63,897 bases of DNA from an uncultured Erysipelotrichaceae bacterium (GCA_902800355.1 CADCEE010000009.1:1-63897); one strand, 5' to 3'. Shown: positions 42,696-53,181, counted from the stretch's first letter. Numbers and translations: made by a program. The notes: a model not told the origin generated them from the sequence alone.

Positions 42696-42890
42696 TTAAA
42701 TGCCTTTAAAAGCATCACTTAAGATGTCAATTAATTGCTTACCTGCTAAATCTTCTGCGAAGAGTAATAATCCAGTAACCGCTGCGATAATAACAACAAC
42801 AATGATTGATGGAATTAATACTTCTCTTTTTGGCCAACGTACTCTTTTGCCTTCTTTAACAACGCCGGCGAAATATTTTTTAAGTCCCAT
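42696..42890 (-). CDS. secE: Preprotein translocase SecE
   Basis: EGKRVRWPKR + TM; lies between rpmG and nusG. Confidence 0.92.
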   Translation of the reverse strand: MGLKKYFAGVVKEGKRVRWPKREVLIPSIIVVVIIAAVTGLLLFAEDLAGKQLIDILSDAFKGI

Positions 42891-42902
42891 TATCTGAGCC
42901 TC

Positions 42903-43049
42903 CTATTTACTAGCCTTATGAAGAGTTTGCTTATTACAGTTTTTGCAAAACTTCATGAGTTCTAATCTTTTACCATTAGATTTGTTCACTGTCGTTACAT
43001 AGTTTCTTGCAAGACATTCGGAGCAAATTAAAATTACTTTTTCTCTCAT
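42903..43049 (-). CDS. rpmG: 50S ribosomal protein L33 (zinc-binding form), missing from the ORF track
   Basis: Translated by hand: [48 protein letters not shown]; SD GGAGG. Confidence 0.97.
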   Translation of the reverse strand: MREKVILICSECLARNYVTTVNKSNGKRLELMKFCKNCNKQTLHKASK

Positions 43050-43083
43050 CTCTGGCCTCCGCTATGTGAATTACAGTGTCACT

Positions 43084-43112
43084 ACTATATCACTAGGAAT
43101 TTTTGATGTAAA
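43084..43112 (-). promoter_or_regulatory. SigA-type promoter of rpmG-secE-nusG
   Basis: TTTACA-17-TATAGT with extended -10 TG. Confidence 0.65.
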
Positions 43113-43171
43113 CAACAAAAAAAGTACTATTTCAGCACTTTTATAGATAAAAACAAGTATTTGAAGGTTAA

Positions 43172-43651
43172 TTACTTAATAACTTTTTGATTCTTTAAAA
43201 TATAAAGAACGGAAATAGCTGTTGCGCCTACTAAAGCTACTACAGTAGCAATAACAATAATCGAAGATTGATCTAATTTTTGCTTCTCTTCTTTGACCTT
43301 TTGGTGGTTTGGATAATATTTATTTACTAAAGTTTTAATGACTTGTCCAATTGTGTAACCATCATCATAACCGTCTGGTTGGTCGTTGACATATTCCCTT
43401 TCCTCACTATCTAAAAGTAGATAATGTTGATAATACATTTCTCTAAAATCTTTTTCGGTAATGTCACAAACTGCAGGATGAGTTGCTACAAATCCTTCCC
43501 AATAATCTAAGAAAGGATGCTCCTCAGTGTTTCTAATTGCATAGGAAATTGCCGGGGTTTTTACATCAATTACGTCAGTTTTGACGGAATTTTTGCTAAA
43601 CGCCCCAAACATCATAGGAACTAGTAATAAAGGGAGAATGAGCTTTTTCAT
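43172..43651 (-). CDS. Small surface protein: signal peptide + Cys-helical stalk domain + C-terminal TM anchor
   Basis: Signal peptide; AVCDITEKDF...YLLLDSEE motif shared with the array proteins; TM + basic tail. Confidence 0.7.
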   Translation of the reverse strand: MKKLILPLLLVPMMFGAFSKNSVKTDVIDVKTPAISYAIRNTEEHPFLDYWEGFVATHPAVCDITEKDFREMYYQHYLLLDSEEREYVNDQPDGYDDGYTIGQVIKTLVNKYYPNHQKVKEEKQKLDQSSIIVIATVVALVGATAISVLYILKNQKVIK

Positions 43652-43652
43652 A

Positions 43653-44423
43653 TTATCCTTTTTGCTTAATCAATTTATTTGATAGATACATTATATACGA
43701 AACTAAGAAAGTATTTAATGGGATATTGAAAAAAGCTACGATAATTTGAGATACCAAAATAATTATAAATGTCGATCCAGAAAAGGCCCACCACTTCATT
43801 AATACCCCAAAAGCGACCATGATAGTCATTTCAATAACAAAGCAAGCAAACCCAATAGAGGTAACATTTATATTAATCTCGCGTTTTTTGAAATATTTTG
43901 AGACAAATATTTGAGTAAATAAAGTTAATAATAGTAGGATAAAAGAACCGACAGGTATTAAAATTCGATAAACAAGGGCTAAATCAACTTGATAATCAAG
44001 CGCAGAAAATAGAGTTAAACCAATTAATAACAAAGTAAAAACCACTACTTCGATTATTAGCATTACGCGCTCATTCTTAACTACTTGAAATAGTTTATAA
44101 ATAAAGAAGCTAGCAAAGCCTAATAAAGCATAAATAAAAGTGATTTGAAAAAATGGCGCTGAACCAAACATTTTTGGATCAAATATATAAAAGCCAACAA
44201 TATCACTAGCGGCCCCAACTAATAAACCAAACCATGGGCCTAACAAAATAGATGAAAAGATAATTAAAGCTGGTCCACCAAAAGAAATACGAACAAAAGG
44301 TAAAACCGGAATATAGTTAACCGCAAAGATTTTTTGAAATAAAGCAATAAGGATAATAAAAATGCCCGCAAGAGCAATTTTTTGTACCATAGATAGTTGA
44401 TAGATACGTTTAAATCTCACCAT
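43653..44423 (-). CDS. folT: ECF transporter S component, folate (FolT-like)
   Basis: VRISFG...ILLGPWFG..VGAASDIVG; multiple TM segments; overlaps folC. Confidence 0.7.
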   Translation of the reverse strand: MVRFKRIYQLSMVQKIALAGIFIILIALFQKIFAVNYIPVLPFVRISFGGPALIIFSSILLGPWFGLLVGAASDIVGFYIFDPKMFGSAPFFQITFIYALLGFASFFIYKLFQVVKNERVMLIIEVVVFTLLLIGLTLFSALDYQVDLALVYRILIPVGSFILLLLTLFTQIFVSKYFKKREININVTSIGFACFVIEMTIMVAFGVLMKWWAFSGSTFIIILVSQIIVAFFNIPLNTFLVSYIMYLSNKLIKQKG

Positions 44424-45630
44424 TGTTAATCTCTTTTTTTACTAAGTTAGCAAATGCTAAACTGCCAGTAATTAAAATAACATCTTCTGGATATGTCTCT
44501 TTTAAAGACTTAATCAAGGCAATATGATTACTATTAAACTTATAATCTTCTAGATATAAGAAATAATCGCTTTCTTCTCTGGCTCTAATGTGATTAAACG
44601 TTGTTAATAATAATTCTCCTAATAAACCAATCTCTGGAAGCATAGCTGTAATATTTTTATCTTTAAAAGATGCAAAAACTACGTGGATAGTTTTATCAGG
44701 AAACACTAGTTCCATATCTTTTCTTAATTTTGCTATTGCGTCTGGATTATGGGCCCCATCAATTACAATAGTTGGTTGTCCTTTAATTATATTAAATCTA
44801 CTATCCAATGTAGACTTTCTTAATCCCTCAAAAATAGCAGCCTCATTAACTGGATAATCACTTTTAAGAATATTTATTGCTTCAATAGCAATAGAGGCGT
44901 CCAAGACGCTAGAAAGAGACTTAGAAGGGACAATTAATCCTTCATAAGGAAGATAATCAAATAAATATCCTTCTTCAGTTAACTGAAGAGCGTGATAATG
45001 GTCAACTTTATATATCTTACTCTTAGTGGATTTAACTTTGTTCACTATTACATCTAAAGCGTCCCCTTCGATTTCCCCAATTAATAAAGGTACTTCATTT
45101 TTAATGATGCCAGCTTTATGAAGCGCAATCTCACTAATAGAGACACCTAAGAAATTAGTGTGCTCACTAGAAATATTGGTGATGATACTTAAAATTGGCT
45201 TAAAGATATTAGTAGCGTCCACTTCTCCACCCATACCGCATTCAATCACTGCGATATCGACTTTTTGATCGATAAAATATTTAAAAGCGATAAAGGTAAT
45301 AATTTCAAAAGAAGATAAATTAAATTTATCAAAATATTTCTTATATTCTTTGAATATCTCTTCTACATAACTAAGAGGAATATATTCATTATTCACCCTT
45401 ATCATATCTAACATTGATTCATAACAAGGAGATAAGAATAATCCAACTTTTCTTCCACTAGAGATATAGATGTTATTGATATAGTTACAAGTACTACCTT
45501 TACCGTTAGTCCCGGTCACATGAATTGAAGGAATATCATATTTAAAAGAAATCTTTTTTAAAAAAGAATCAAAATTATCTCTTTGATAATCATTACGGTT
45601 ATAAGCACTAATATTTTCTAAAACGCTCAT
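44410..45630 (-). CDS. folC: Folylpolyglutamate synthase / dihydrofolate synthase
   Basis: IHVTGTNGKGST, ECGMGGEVDATN, KAGIIK, IDGAHNP, ITGSL. Confidence 0.95.
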   Translation of the reverse strand: MSVLENISAYNRNDYQRDNFDSFLKKISFKYDIPSIHVTGTNGKGSTCNYINNIYISSGRKVGLFLSPCYESMLDMIRVNNEYIPLSYVEEIFKEYKKYFDKFNLSSFEIITFIAFKYFIDQKVDIAVIECGMGGEVDATNIFKPILSIITNISSEHTNFLGVSISEIALHKAGIIKNEVPLLIGEIEGDALDVIVNKVKSTKSKIYKVDHYHALQLTEEGYLFDYLPYEGLIVPSKSLSSVLDASIAIEAINILKSDYPVNEAAIFEGLRKSTLDSRFNIIKGQPTIVIDGAHNPDAIAKLRKDMELVFPDKTIHVVFASFKDKNITAMLPEIGLLGELLLTTFNHIRAREESDYFLYLEDYKFNSNHIALIKSLKETYPEDVILITGSLAFANLVKKEINNGEI

Positions 45631-45631
45631 T

Positions 45632-46081
45632 TTATAAACCTTTGTCTAACTCTCTTTGTAAATCTCGTTTTTTAATCGTCTCGCGCTTATCATAGTTCTT
45701 TTTACCTTTCGCTAATGCAATTTCTACTTTAGCTTTGCCTTTTAAGAAATATATTTTAGTAGGAACAACTGTATAGCCTTCGGTTTTAATCTTTTGAGCT
45801 AACCATCTAATTTGATGTTTATGTAAAAGAAGCTTTCTATTTCTTAAAGGGTCATGGTTAAATAAGTTCCCATGATCATAAGGCTTAATATACATATTAA
45901 TTATTTCAGCTTCTTGGTTTCTAATAACTATATAAGAATCGTTTATTGTCGCCCCAGTCACTCTTAAAGATTTTATTTCTGTGCCTTTAAGCTCAATTCC
46001 AGCCTCCATGAAGTCACTTAAGAAATAATTGAAATGCGCTTTTTTATTGCTAGCAATAAGTTTAGTCCCTGCGCTTTTCAT
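45632..46081 (-). CDS. smpB: SsrA-binding protein
   Basis: NKKAHFNY, EAGIELKGTEIKS, RKLLLH, AKGKKNYDKR. Confidence 0.98.
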   Translation of the reverse strand: MKSAGTKLIASNKKAHFNYFLSDFMEAGIELKGTEIKSLRVTGATINDSYIVIRNQEAEIINMYIKPYDHGNLFNHDPLRNRKLLLHKHQIRWLAQKIKTEGYTVVPTKIYFLKGKAKVEIALAKGKKNYDKRETIKKRDLQRELDKGL

Positions 46082-46370
46082 TATAATCTCCTAAACGGTC
46101 CTTTAAGACGTCTAACTTCATCGAGTACATAAGTGATTCATTATAAGCATTAACAAAAGCTTTTTGATCTTTAAATGGCACTAGATAACTTGCTAAATAG
46201 AAGGCCACTAAAGCAATAACTCCATATAAGATATAAGTAATTGGCGAAGCTAATTCTAAATAATCTAAAGCAAAGATGCTACCGGTGATAATAATTCCTA
46301 CTCCAATAAAGCCCATGAACGAATTCTTAGTCATACCCACTAAAGTAGATAAGTAGTTTTTAAATTTCAT
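46062..46370 (-). CDS. Two-TM ORF: either a coupled small gene or the detached C-terminus of the Wzy-like gene
   Basis: ATGA overlap at 46367-46370; no clear SD; overlaps the smpB start. Confidence 0.45.
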   Translation of the reverse strand: MKFKNYLSTLVGMTKNSFMGFIGVGIIITGSIFALDYLELASPITYILYGVIALVAFYLASYLVPFKDQKAFVNAYNESLMYSMKLDVLKDRLGDYNEKRRD

Positions 46371-48088
46371 ATAATAGGCATTATCCATTCCGCACCTTTT
46401 CCAAACCAAGTATGATGGAAATAATATCGTAAGGCTAAATAGACTACTGGGCTAGCCACTATTAAGAAATTAAGCGTACTTAATATAGCGGCCGCTTTTC
46501 TAGAATGGTTTTTAGCAATGCAAGAAATAATAAATGGTACGAATAAAGCACAAATGAATAAAAGCACGATAATATTAATTAATAAATACATGCCGTGCCT
46601 ATTATCTCTAAATAGAGGGAAGACAAATAAGGCCGCAGTAACGGCAATTAATGCCATAAATAATTTGGCTAATGATTTACTAATCGCACTAGTAGGCATA
46701 GGTTTAGGTTTACTTACTTCTATAGCGTCATCTCCTAGTCGAGGATGTCTATAGTGCTTCCATTTATTCATGACTGGCAAATAGAAGAAAGCTGCCATTA
46801 ATAAACCTATAGTTCCAGTTCCTAAAAACATAATGCTTTCCATAACCGCATAACCTAGTAAAGACAAACCAATGAGAATAAAAATAAGGGCAAACCTAGG
46901 ATCTTTTTTGAGTAGACGGATAAAACAGTAGAAGTAATAAACAATGAATAAGAAAAGGAATAAAACTCCTAATACACCAAAATTCATTAAGGCTTGAATA
47001 TAACCTGAATGAGCAGACAAGGTCAGCATAGGATTTCCTCTATAAGCGTTCCAGAAGCCACCGATAATGTGATTGGAATTTTTAAATCCAAATCCAAATA
47101 ACAGATTAAGTGGGTGCTCCCCGATATAATATATTGAATTTTGCCAAGTAAAGGTTCTATCGCTTAATGTTCCATATTTAGCAACAGCAAAATTATTATA
47201 GATAAATTTAAAAAACAAAGATAATCCACCTAAGTCATAATTAAGACTGCACACAAATAAGGTGACGGCAACAACAAAGAAACTAAGGTAAATGGTAAGT
47301 AAAACTAAACCTCTAGCGCGACTTTTTCTAATAACAAAAATAATCTCAATTAAGAAATAAATAGCTAACGAAGAAAACATAACGGCTACTGCAGTAAGAG
47401 AAGCCACAACACAAACAAAGAAGCCTAAATATAAAATCACAATATAGGAGAAAACATTCTTCTTAAAGTAATTAAGTGCAAAGCAAGAATAGATGCCTAA
47501 CAAAAGCATCAAACTAAACATATTTGGATTCCAGAATAAAGAATTAATAAATACTGGTAATCCCTTTGCGGATAAGTTAAATATGATGGCATCAAATTCT
47601 TTAATCCAAGAGTAAACAGTCGCAAATAAACATATAGCGATAATAATGACGTAGAAAACTTTAAGTTTCCTGATAGAAGGATGATTTTTATTAAAATAAA
47701 ATAGGAGTGAATATATAGCGAGTAAATAAGTCATTAAAGATAAAGTTTGAATAATCTTATCCCAATTAGTAACGTGATATTCAAAATGCTTCAATCCGTC
47801 TAAGGTAACACCTGAGAACTGCCATATCGCTATACACCCTGCCATAAAGCAAATCATTAATACTGAGGCTAAAACATAATCTAGAGAGACTTTGTTCTTT
47901 ATATGCTCAATAAGGAAATACGATAAATAGCATCCCATCGCTAAAGTAAAGTACATGAAAAATAAGGCGCTCGATAATGAACTGGTAGGATTGCTTGATA
48001 GAAATCCTACATCCTCTAAAATGAGGCAGGTTGCAAATATCGCAACGTATAATAATATATTGGACAATGTAAATTTTAATTTACCCAT
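46367..48088 (-). CDS. O-antigen ligase / Wzy_C-like polytopic membrane protein
   Basis: More than 12 TM segments; FWNPN, SDRTFTW, LLFGFG, SAHSGYIQALMNFGVLG, MES motifs. Confidence 0.75.
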   Translation of the reverse strand: MGKLKFTLSNILLYVAIFATCLILEDVGFLSSNPTSSLSSALFFMYFTLAMGCYLSYFLIEHIKNKVSLDYVLASVLMICFMAGCIAIWQFSGVTLDGLKHFEYHVTNWDKIIQTLSLMTYLLAIYSLLFYFNKNHPSIRKLKVFYVIIIAICLFATVYSWIKEFDAIIFNLSAKGLPVFINSLFWNPNMFSLMLLLGIYSCFALNYFKKNVFSYIVILYLGFFVCVVASLTAVAVMFSSLAIYFLIEIIFVIRKSRARGLVLLTIYLSFFVVAVTLFVCSLNYDLGGLSLFFKFIYNNFAVAKYGTLSDRTFTWQNSIYYIGEHPLNLLFGFGFKNSNHIIGGFWNAYRGNPMLTLSAHSGYIQALMNFGVLGVLFLFLFIVYYFYCFIRLLKKDPRFALIFILIGLSLLGYAVMESIMFLGTGTIGLLMAAFFYLPVMNKWKHYRHPRLGDDAIEVSKPKPMPTSAISKSLAKLFMALIAVTAALFVFPLFRDNRHGMYLLINIIVLLFICALFVPFIISCIAKNHSRKAAAILSTLNFLIVASPVVYLALRYYFHHTWFGKGAEWIMPII

Positions 48089-48172
48089 TCGAATATGATT
48101 ATAATGATATGCGCTCTAATTGTCTAATTATTATTTAATAATTGTTTAATTAGTGTTTTTATTGAAAAAATC

Positions 48173-48206
48173 AAAAAAAGAAGCGTTAAGGGGGATTAAC
48201 GCTTCT
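48173..48206 (-). terminator. carD terminator with C-rich loop
   Basis: AGAAGCGUUAA-UCCCC-CUUAACGCUUCU-type stem followed by a U-tract. Confidence 0.75.
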
Positions 48207-48231
48207 AAGGGGATTTATAAGATACTAGATC

Positions 48232-48717
48232 TTATACAATTAATTGGGAGACAACTTCTTCTACTTTTGCTCTATCGCAATTAAAGGAAATTGCGAATTC
48301 ATCGAATAAAATCGATTCAGCATCTTTTAACATTTGTAAATCAGTAGGGCCTAATTTAACAAGTTGTCCGTGTGAGTTGTAATAATTGAAGAAATATAAT
48401 TGTCTAGATAAATAGGCGAGATCGTAGACATTACCACTTAATAATTTCTTCTTATACAAATCTCTTCTTTGTTTAGTGTTGCTGATAAAACCAGCTTCAA
48501 CGGATTTCATATAGTTAATGACTTCCTTAGCCTCTTTTTCATCCATAACAGAACGAATAATGTTTTCTGTACGAGACTTTAAAACGTAGATATTTTCTTT
48601 TGGATTTTTACGGGATACAATCACAAAATATGCATTTCCCGCAATCTCAGTTTCGCCTACAATTGTGGACAGTCCTTCTCGGCAATGAACCACAACTTCA
48701 TTAACTTTGAATTCCAT
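48232..48717 (-). CDS. CarD family transcriptional regulator
   Basis: MEFKVNEVVVHCREGLSTI (CarD/TRCF RID domain), followed by a helical C-domain. Confidence 0.8.
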   Translation of the reverse strand: MEFKVNEVVVHCREGLSTIVGETEIAGNAYFVIVSRKNPKENIYVLKSRTENIIRSVMDEKEAKEVINYMKSVEAGFISNTKQRRDLYKKKLLSGNVYDLAYLSRQLYFFNYYNSHGQLVKLGPTDLQMLKDAESILFDEFAISFNCDRAKVEEVVSQLIV

Positions 48718-48897
48718 ATATAAATTATGTCAAAAAAATTACATTTTTTCAATTACTTTTTTTATGTCGTTTCTAAAATGTTTTGATTGTATCTATCTTT
48801 TTTTAATGTTTTTCATTGACTTTAATATACTACATTTACCACAAAAACAAAAGGCCTAGTTTATATAGGCCTAATGAGAACTTTTTTAAAAATTAAT

Positions 48898-51303
48898 TTA
48901 TGCGATCTTAGGAAGTTTCCAAATATCTTTAACATAAGATTCGATAGTGCGGTCGCTAGAGAAGAATCCACTACTAGCGATATTTATTAAACACATGGTA
49001 GCCCATTTATCCTTATCTTGATAGAGCTTACTAGCCTTTTCTTGGGCCTCGATATAACTTGGTAAATCTTTAAGGATGAAATATTGATCGTTATTATTCA
49101 TAATCTCATCAAAAATCATTCTGAATTTATCAGGTCTATAGCTAGTCCATTCGCCTTCAAATAAGGAATCCATAATCGCCTTGATTCTTGAATCAGAATT
49201 ATACATATCCCAAGGAGAATAACTACCATTACGATATAATTCTTCAACTTCTTCATTCTTTAAGCCGAAGATTACAGCGTTTTCTTCTCCTGCTAAATCA
49301 ACAATTTCAATATTGGCTCCATCTAATGTTCCTAAAGTAATAGCCCCGTTCATCATAAACTTCATATTTGAAGTTCCACTGGCTTCTTTTCCAGCAGTAG
49401 AAATTTGTTCAGAAATATCCGCTGCAGGAATAATCATTTCTGCTAAAGAAACACCATAATTTTCAATAAAGACTACTTTTAAATATGGAGAAACATCTGG
49501 GTCATTATTCACAACCTTAGCGACCGCTAAGATTAATTCAATAATCTTTTTCGCATACGTATAGCTCGGAGCGGCTTTAGCACCAAAGATATAAGTGTGA
49601 GGATAGATTCTAAAGTTAGGATCATTCTTCATTCTTTGATATAAGTAAATGATATGGAAGACATTCATTAATTGTCTCTTATAAGCGTGTAAACGCTTAA
49701 CTTGGACATCAAATATAGAATTAACATCCACATCAATGCCGTTATGCTCTTTGATATATTTAGCAAGTTTAACCTTATTTTCAAGCTTGATATCTTGGAA
49801 TTCTTTAATCACTTTCTTATCAGTCGCATATTTCTTAAATTCAGAAATCTTAGACATGTCGGTAATCCATTTATCGCCAATTTTAGAAGTGATTAAATCT
49901 GCAAGTCGAGGATTGGAATTTAATAACCACCTACGATGAGTAACTCCGTTAGTTTTGTTATTAAATTTCTCAGGCATATATTTATAAAATTCTTTAAATG
50001 TTGTGTTCTTTAAGATTTCTGTATGTAAAGCAGCCACTCCATTTACTGAGAAAGCGGTATAAATCGCTAAATTGGTCATATGGATTTGTCCATCTTTAAT
50101 GATATTCATCGCATAGCGGTCCCAATCAGGAATACCGGCAGCGTTCATTTCAATATTAAATCTACGGTTAATTTCTTCGATAATCATGAAGATACGTGGA
50201 ATTAATGTTTGCACATAATTAATTGGCCACTTTTCTAAAGCTTCCACCATAACTGTGTGGTTAGTATAAGCCATACATTTACTGACTTCTTCCCAAGCAT
50301 CAGCCCATTCCATATCATATTCATCTAACATGATTCTCATCATTTCTGGAATTGCTAAAATTGGATGGGTGTCATTTAATTGGAAGACATATTTTTTATG
50401 AATACCCTTTAGGGTGCCATGGTGTCTATAATAAGAATTTAAAGCACTTTGTAAACCAGCAGAGACTAAGAAATATTGTTGTCTAAGTCTTAAAATACGT
50501 CCTGCTTCTGTAGAATCATCAGGATAAAGACCATGACATAATTCTTCAATGGCGTTACAGTACTCTTTAAAGGCCATGTTCTTTGGTAAAGAATGATTAG
50601 ATGGTTCAGCATTCCAAAGTCTTAAAGTGTTAGTGACGTTATTTCTATATCCAATAACAGGCATATCATATGGGACCGCTCTTACACAGACTGCATCAGC
50701 AGTTCTAATGCCGTACGTTCCGTCTTTCTTTTGATAAGATTCTGGATGTCCATAGAATTTCACTTCTACCGCATATTTAGAACGTCTAACTTCCCAGACG
50801 TTACCGTTAACTAGCCATTGATCAGGTAACTCGACTTGTTTACCGTCTTTAATTCTTTGTTTAAAAAATCCATATTCATAACGGATACAGTTACCATTAC
50901 CAATATAACCTAAAGAAGCAATAGAATCTAAGAAGCAAGCAGCAAGTCGACCAAGACCACCATTACCAAGTCCTGCGTCACTTTCTTCATCTTCTAAGGT
51001 ATTGATATCAATACCTAATTCTTCTAAACCTTCTTTAACAATCTTATATAGGCCAAGGTTTTGAATGTTGTTATTAAGCATTCTGCCCATTAAGAATTCC
51101 ATAGAGAAATAAATAAGAACTTTCTTTCCCTTGGTGGTACTTTCTAAATGAGTGTTATTCCAGTCAACATTCGCGTAGTCTCTAATCATTTCACCTAAGA
51201 TTGTGTATTGTTCGTTAACACCACTATCTTTGACTTCCACACCATAACGTTGAAGTAAACGATCTTGAAATTCCTTCTTAAAATTTTGTTTGCTACTAAA
51301 CAT
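48898..51303 (-). CDS. glgP: Glycogen/maltodextrin phosphorylase (GT35)
   Basis: GLGNGGLGRLAAC, LRLRQQYF, QLNDTHP, KRLHAYKRQ, PLP motif EASGTSNMKFMMNG. Confidence 0.98.
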   Translation of the reverse strand: MFSSKQNFKKEFQDRLLQRYGVEVKDSGVNEQYTILGEMIRDYANVDWNNTHLESTTKGKKVLIYFSMEFLMGRMLNNNIQNLGLYKIVKEGLEELGIDINTLEDEESDAGLGNGGLGRLAACFLDSIASLGYIGNGNCIRYEYGFFKQRIKDGKQVELPDQWLVNGNVWEVRRSKYAVEVKFYGHPESYQKKDGTYGIRTADAVCVRAVPYDMPVIGYRNNVTNTLRLWNAEPSNHSLPKNMAFKEYCNAIEELCHGLYPDDSTEAGRILRLRQQYFLVSAGLQSALNSYYRHHGTLKGIHKKYVFQLNDTHPILAIPEMMRIMLDEYDMEWADAWEEVSKCMAYTNHTVMVEALEKWPINYVQTLIPRIFMIIEEINRRFNIEMNAAGIPDWDRYAMNIIKDGQIHMTNLAIYTAFSVNGVAALHTEILKNTTFKEFYKYMPEKFNNKTNGVTHRRWLLNSNPRLADLITSKIGDKWITDMSKISEFKKYATDKKVIKEFQDIKLENKVKLAKYIKEHNGIDVDVNSIFDVQVKRLHAYKRQLMNVFHIIYLYQRMKNDPNFRIYPHTYIFGAKAAPSYTYAKKIIELILAVAKVVNNDPDVSPYLKVVFIENYGVSLAEMIIPAADISEQISTAGKEASGTSNMKFMMNGAITLGTLDGANIEIVDLAGEENAVIFGLKNEEVEELYRNGSYSPWDMYNSDSRIKAIMDSLFEGEWTSYRPDKFRMIFDEIMNNNDQYFILKDLPSYIEAQEKASKLYQDKDKWATMCLINIASSGFFSSDRTIESYVKDIWKLPKIA

Positions 51304-51336
51304 AGTAAAACTCCTTTTTATTTATACAAATAAATA

Positions 51337-53089
51337 TTATTTTCTTTTTTCTTTAAGTTTAAAGATGCATGCTCCCATAGAAGCAAGCTTGATATTTAAA
51401 TAGCCGTAGAAAGTATTTATTGGGCCACCATTATATTGGTTCGCACCACCATAAATATCTTTATCGCTATTAAATATTTCTTCGTATATTCCTTCAACTT
51501 CCACAGGAATACCAAAATTATCATAGTAATTGGTAGTCATGTTGAAGATAAAGATTAAAATTTCATCATCCACTCTGCGAGTGAATGCAAATACACTATC
51601 GACATTATTATCAACAATAAGCCACTTAAATCTTTCTGGGTTATGTTCTTGATAATACATCGCCTTATGAGCGCGATAAATTAAGTTAAGGTCATGATAT
51701 AATCTAGAAATAGAATCATGCGCTGGGAACTGTTTTAAATGCCATGGAAGAGATTTATTTTCATTCCATTCATCAAAGCTAGCGAATTCATTACCCATGA
51801 AGTTAAGTTTCTTTCCTGGGTGAGCGAATTGATAAGTAATTAAATTTCGTAAGAACGCAAATTTTTGATAATAATCTCCCCACATTTTATTTAATAATGT
51901 GCCTTTTCCATGTACGACTTCGTCGTGAGAGAATGGAAGCATAAAGTTATCACTATAGAAATAGGCCATAGAGAATGTAAGTTTATTATGATCATATTTC
52001 TTATAAATTGGGTCTAAAGCGTAATACTTTAAAGTATCATTCATCCAGCCTAAATCCCATTTATAGTCAAAACCTAAGCCATCATATTCAGTAGGTCTAG
52101 TAACTCCTGGGAAATCACTACTATCTTCGGCAATCATCATCACTTGGTCATGATATAAATGCATCTTGCCGTTAAGACGTTTAATAAATTCCACTGCTCC
52201 ATCATTACGGCCATCATTTTTATTGCCGTTCCAGAAGATTAAATTACTAACCGCATCAATTCTAATGCCATCCGCATGATAATAATCAACAAAGAAGTTC
52301 ACCGCACTCATTAAGAATGATCTTACCGGATCTTTACCTAAATCGAATTGATAACTTCCCCACTGAGAAACACGATGTTCGTTATTATATTCAAATAAAT
52401 ATCCCCCGTCATAGTTAGCTAAACCCCAACTATCAGTCGCGAAATGTACTGGAGCAAAGTCCACAATAATACCAATTCCTTCTTGATGGAGTCTATCTAC
52501 TAGAGACATAAATTGATATGGATTACCGTATCTTGGGTCAATAGAGAAGAATCCAGTAGCTTGATAGCCCCAGCTACCAGTAAATGGATGAGCGACTACA
52601 GGCATCACTTCAATATGGGTATAACCCATACCTTTAATATATGGAATTAATTCATCAGCGATTTCTTGATACAGGTTTATCAAAATTTCTGTCTCTACCT
52701 TTTAAGAATTTCTTATCATGCCAGGCAAAGTTTTCTACATCGAATGTTCTACTACATGTATTTGGGGCAATTTCACAGAAGAAGGCATATGGGTCAATCT
52801 TATCAACATATTCTCCTTGAGCGTTTTTAAAGTGATATTTATATGATTGATAATTTGTAGCACCTGGCACAAATACTTCCCAGACTCCACAACTATCAAT
52901 CTTGTTCATTTTACATGAATAAATATCCCAGTTATTGAAATCCCCAATAACCGAAACATCATCCGCACATGGAGCGTATAGTCTAAAGACTACACCATCA
53001 ACTCCATCTTGTTTAACAAAGTGCGCACCAAAATATTTATAGGCATCAATACTTTGTCCCATTAAGTAGTTAGAAAAATCATATCCCAT
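51337..53089 (-). pseudogene. glgB: 1,4-alpha-glucan branching enzyme (GH13_9), split by an apparent out-of-frame deletion near 52668
   Basis: CBM48 part (FGAH...FRLYAP..VSVIGDFNNW) ends at PVS. Catalytic part (GYTHIEVMP, SWGYQ, GIRIDAV, IAEDS, SHDEVVHGK) begins at YQEIA. The linking IYExHxGSW motif is absent. Confidence 0.85.
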
Positions 53090-53181
53090 AAAAATCACCG
53101 AACTAATTATATAATATGCTTCTTATTTTTTATATAAAAATAATATCAAATATATATTGTTACCTTTTAAATACCTCTAAT

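Noticed and set aside
45632-46081. tmRNA or tRNA genes near smpB or in the ribosomal region
   Set aside because: No intergenic space near smpB, and no cloverleaf or T-loop signatures were seen.
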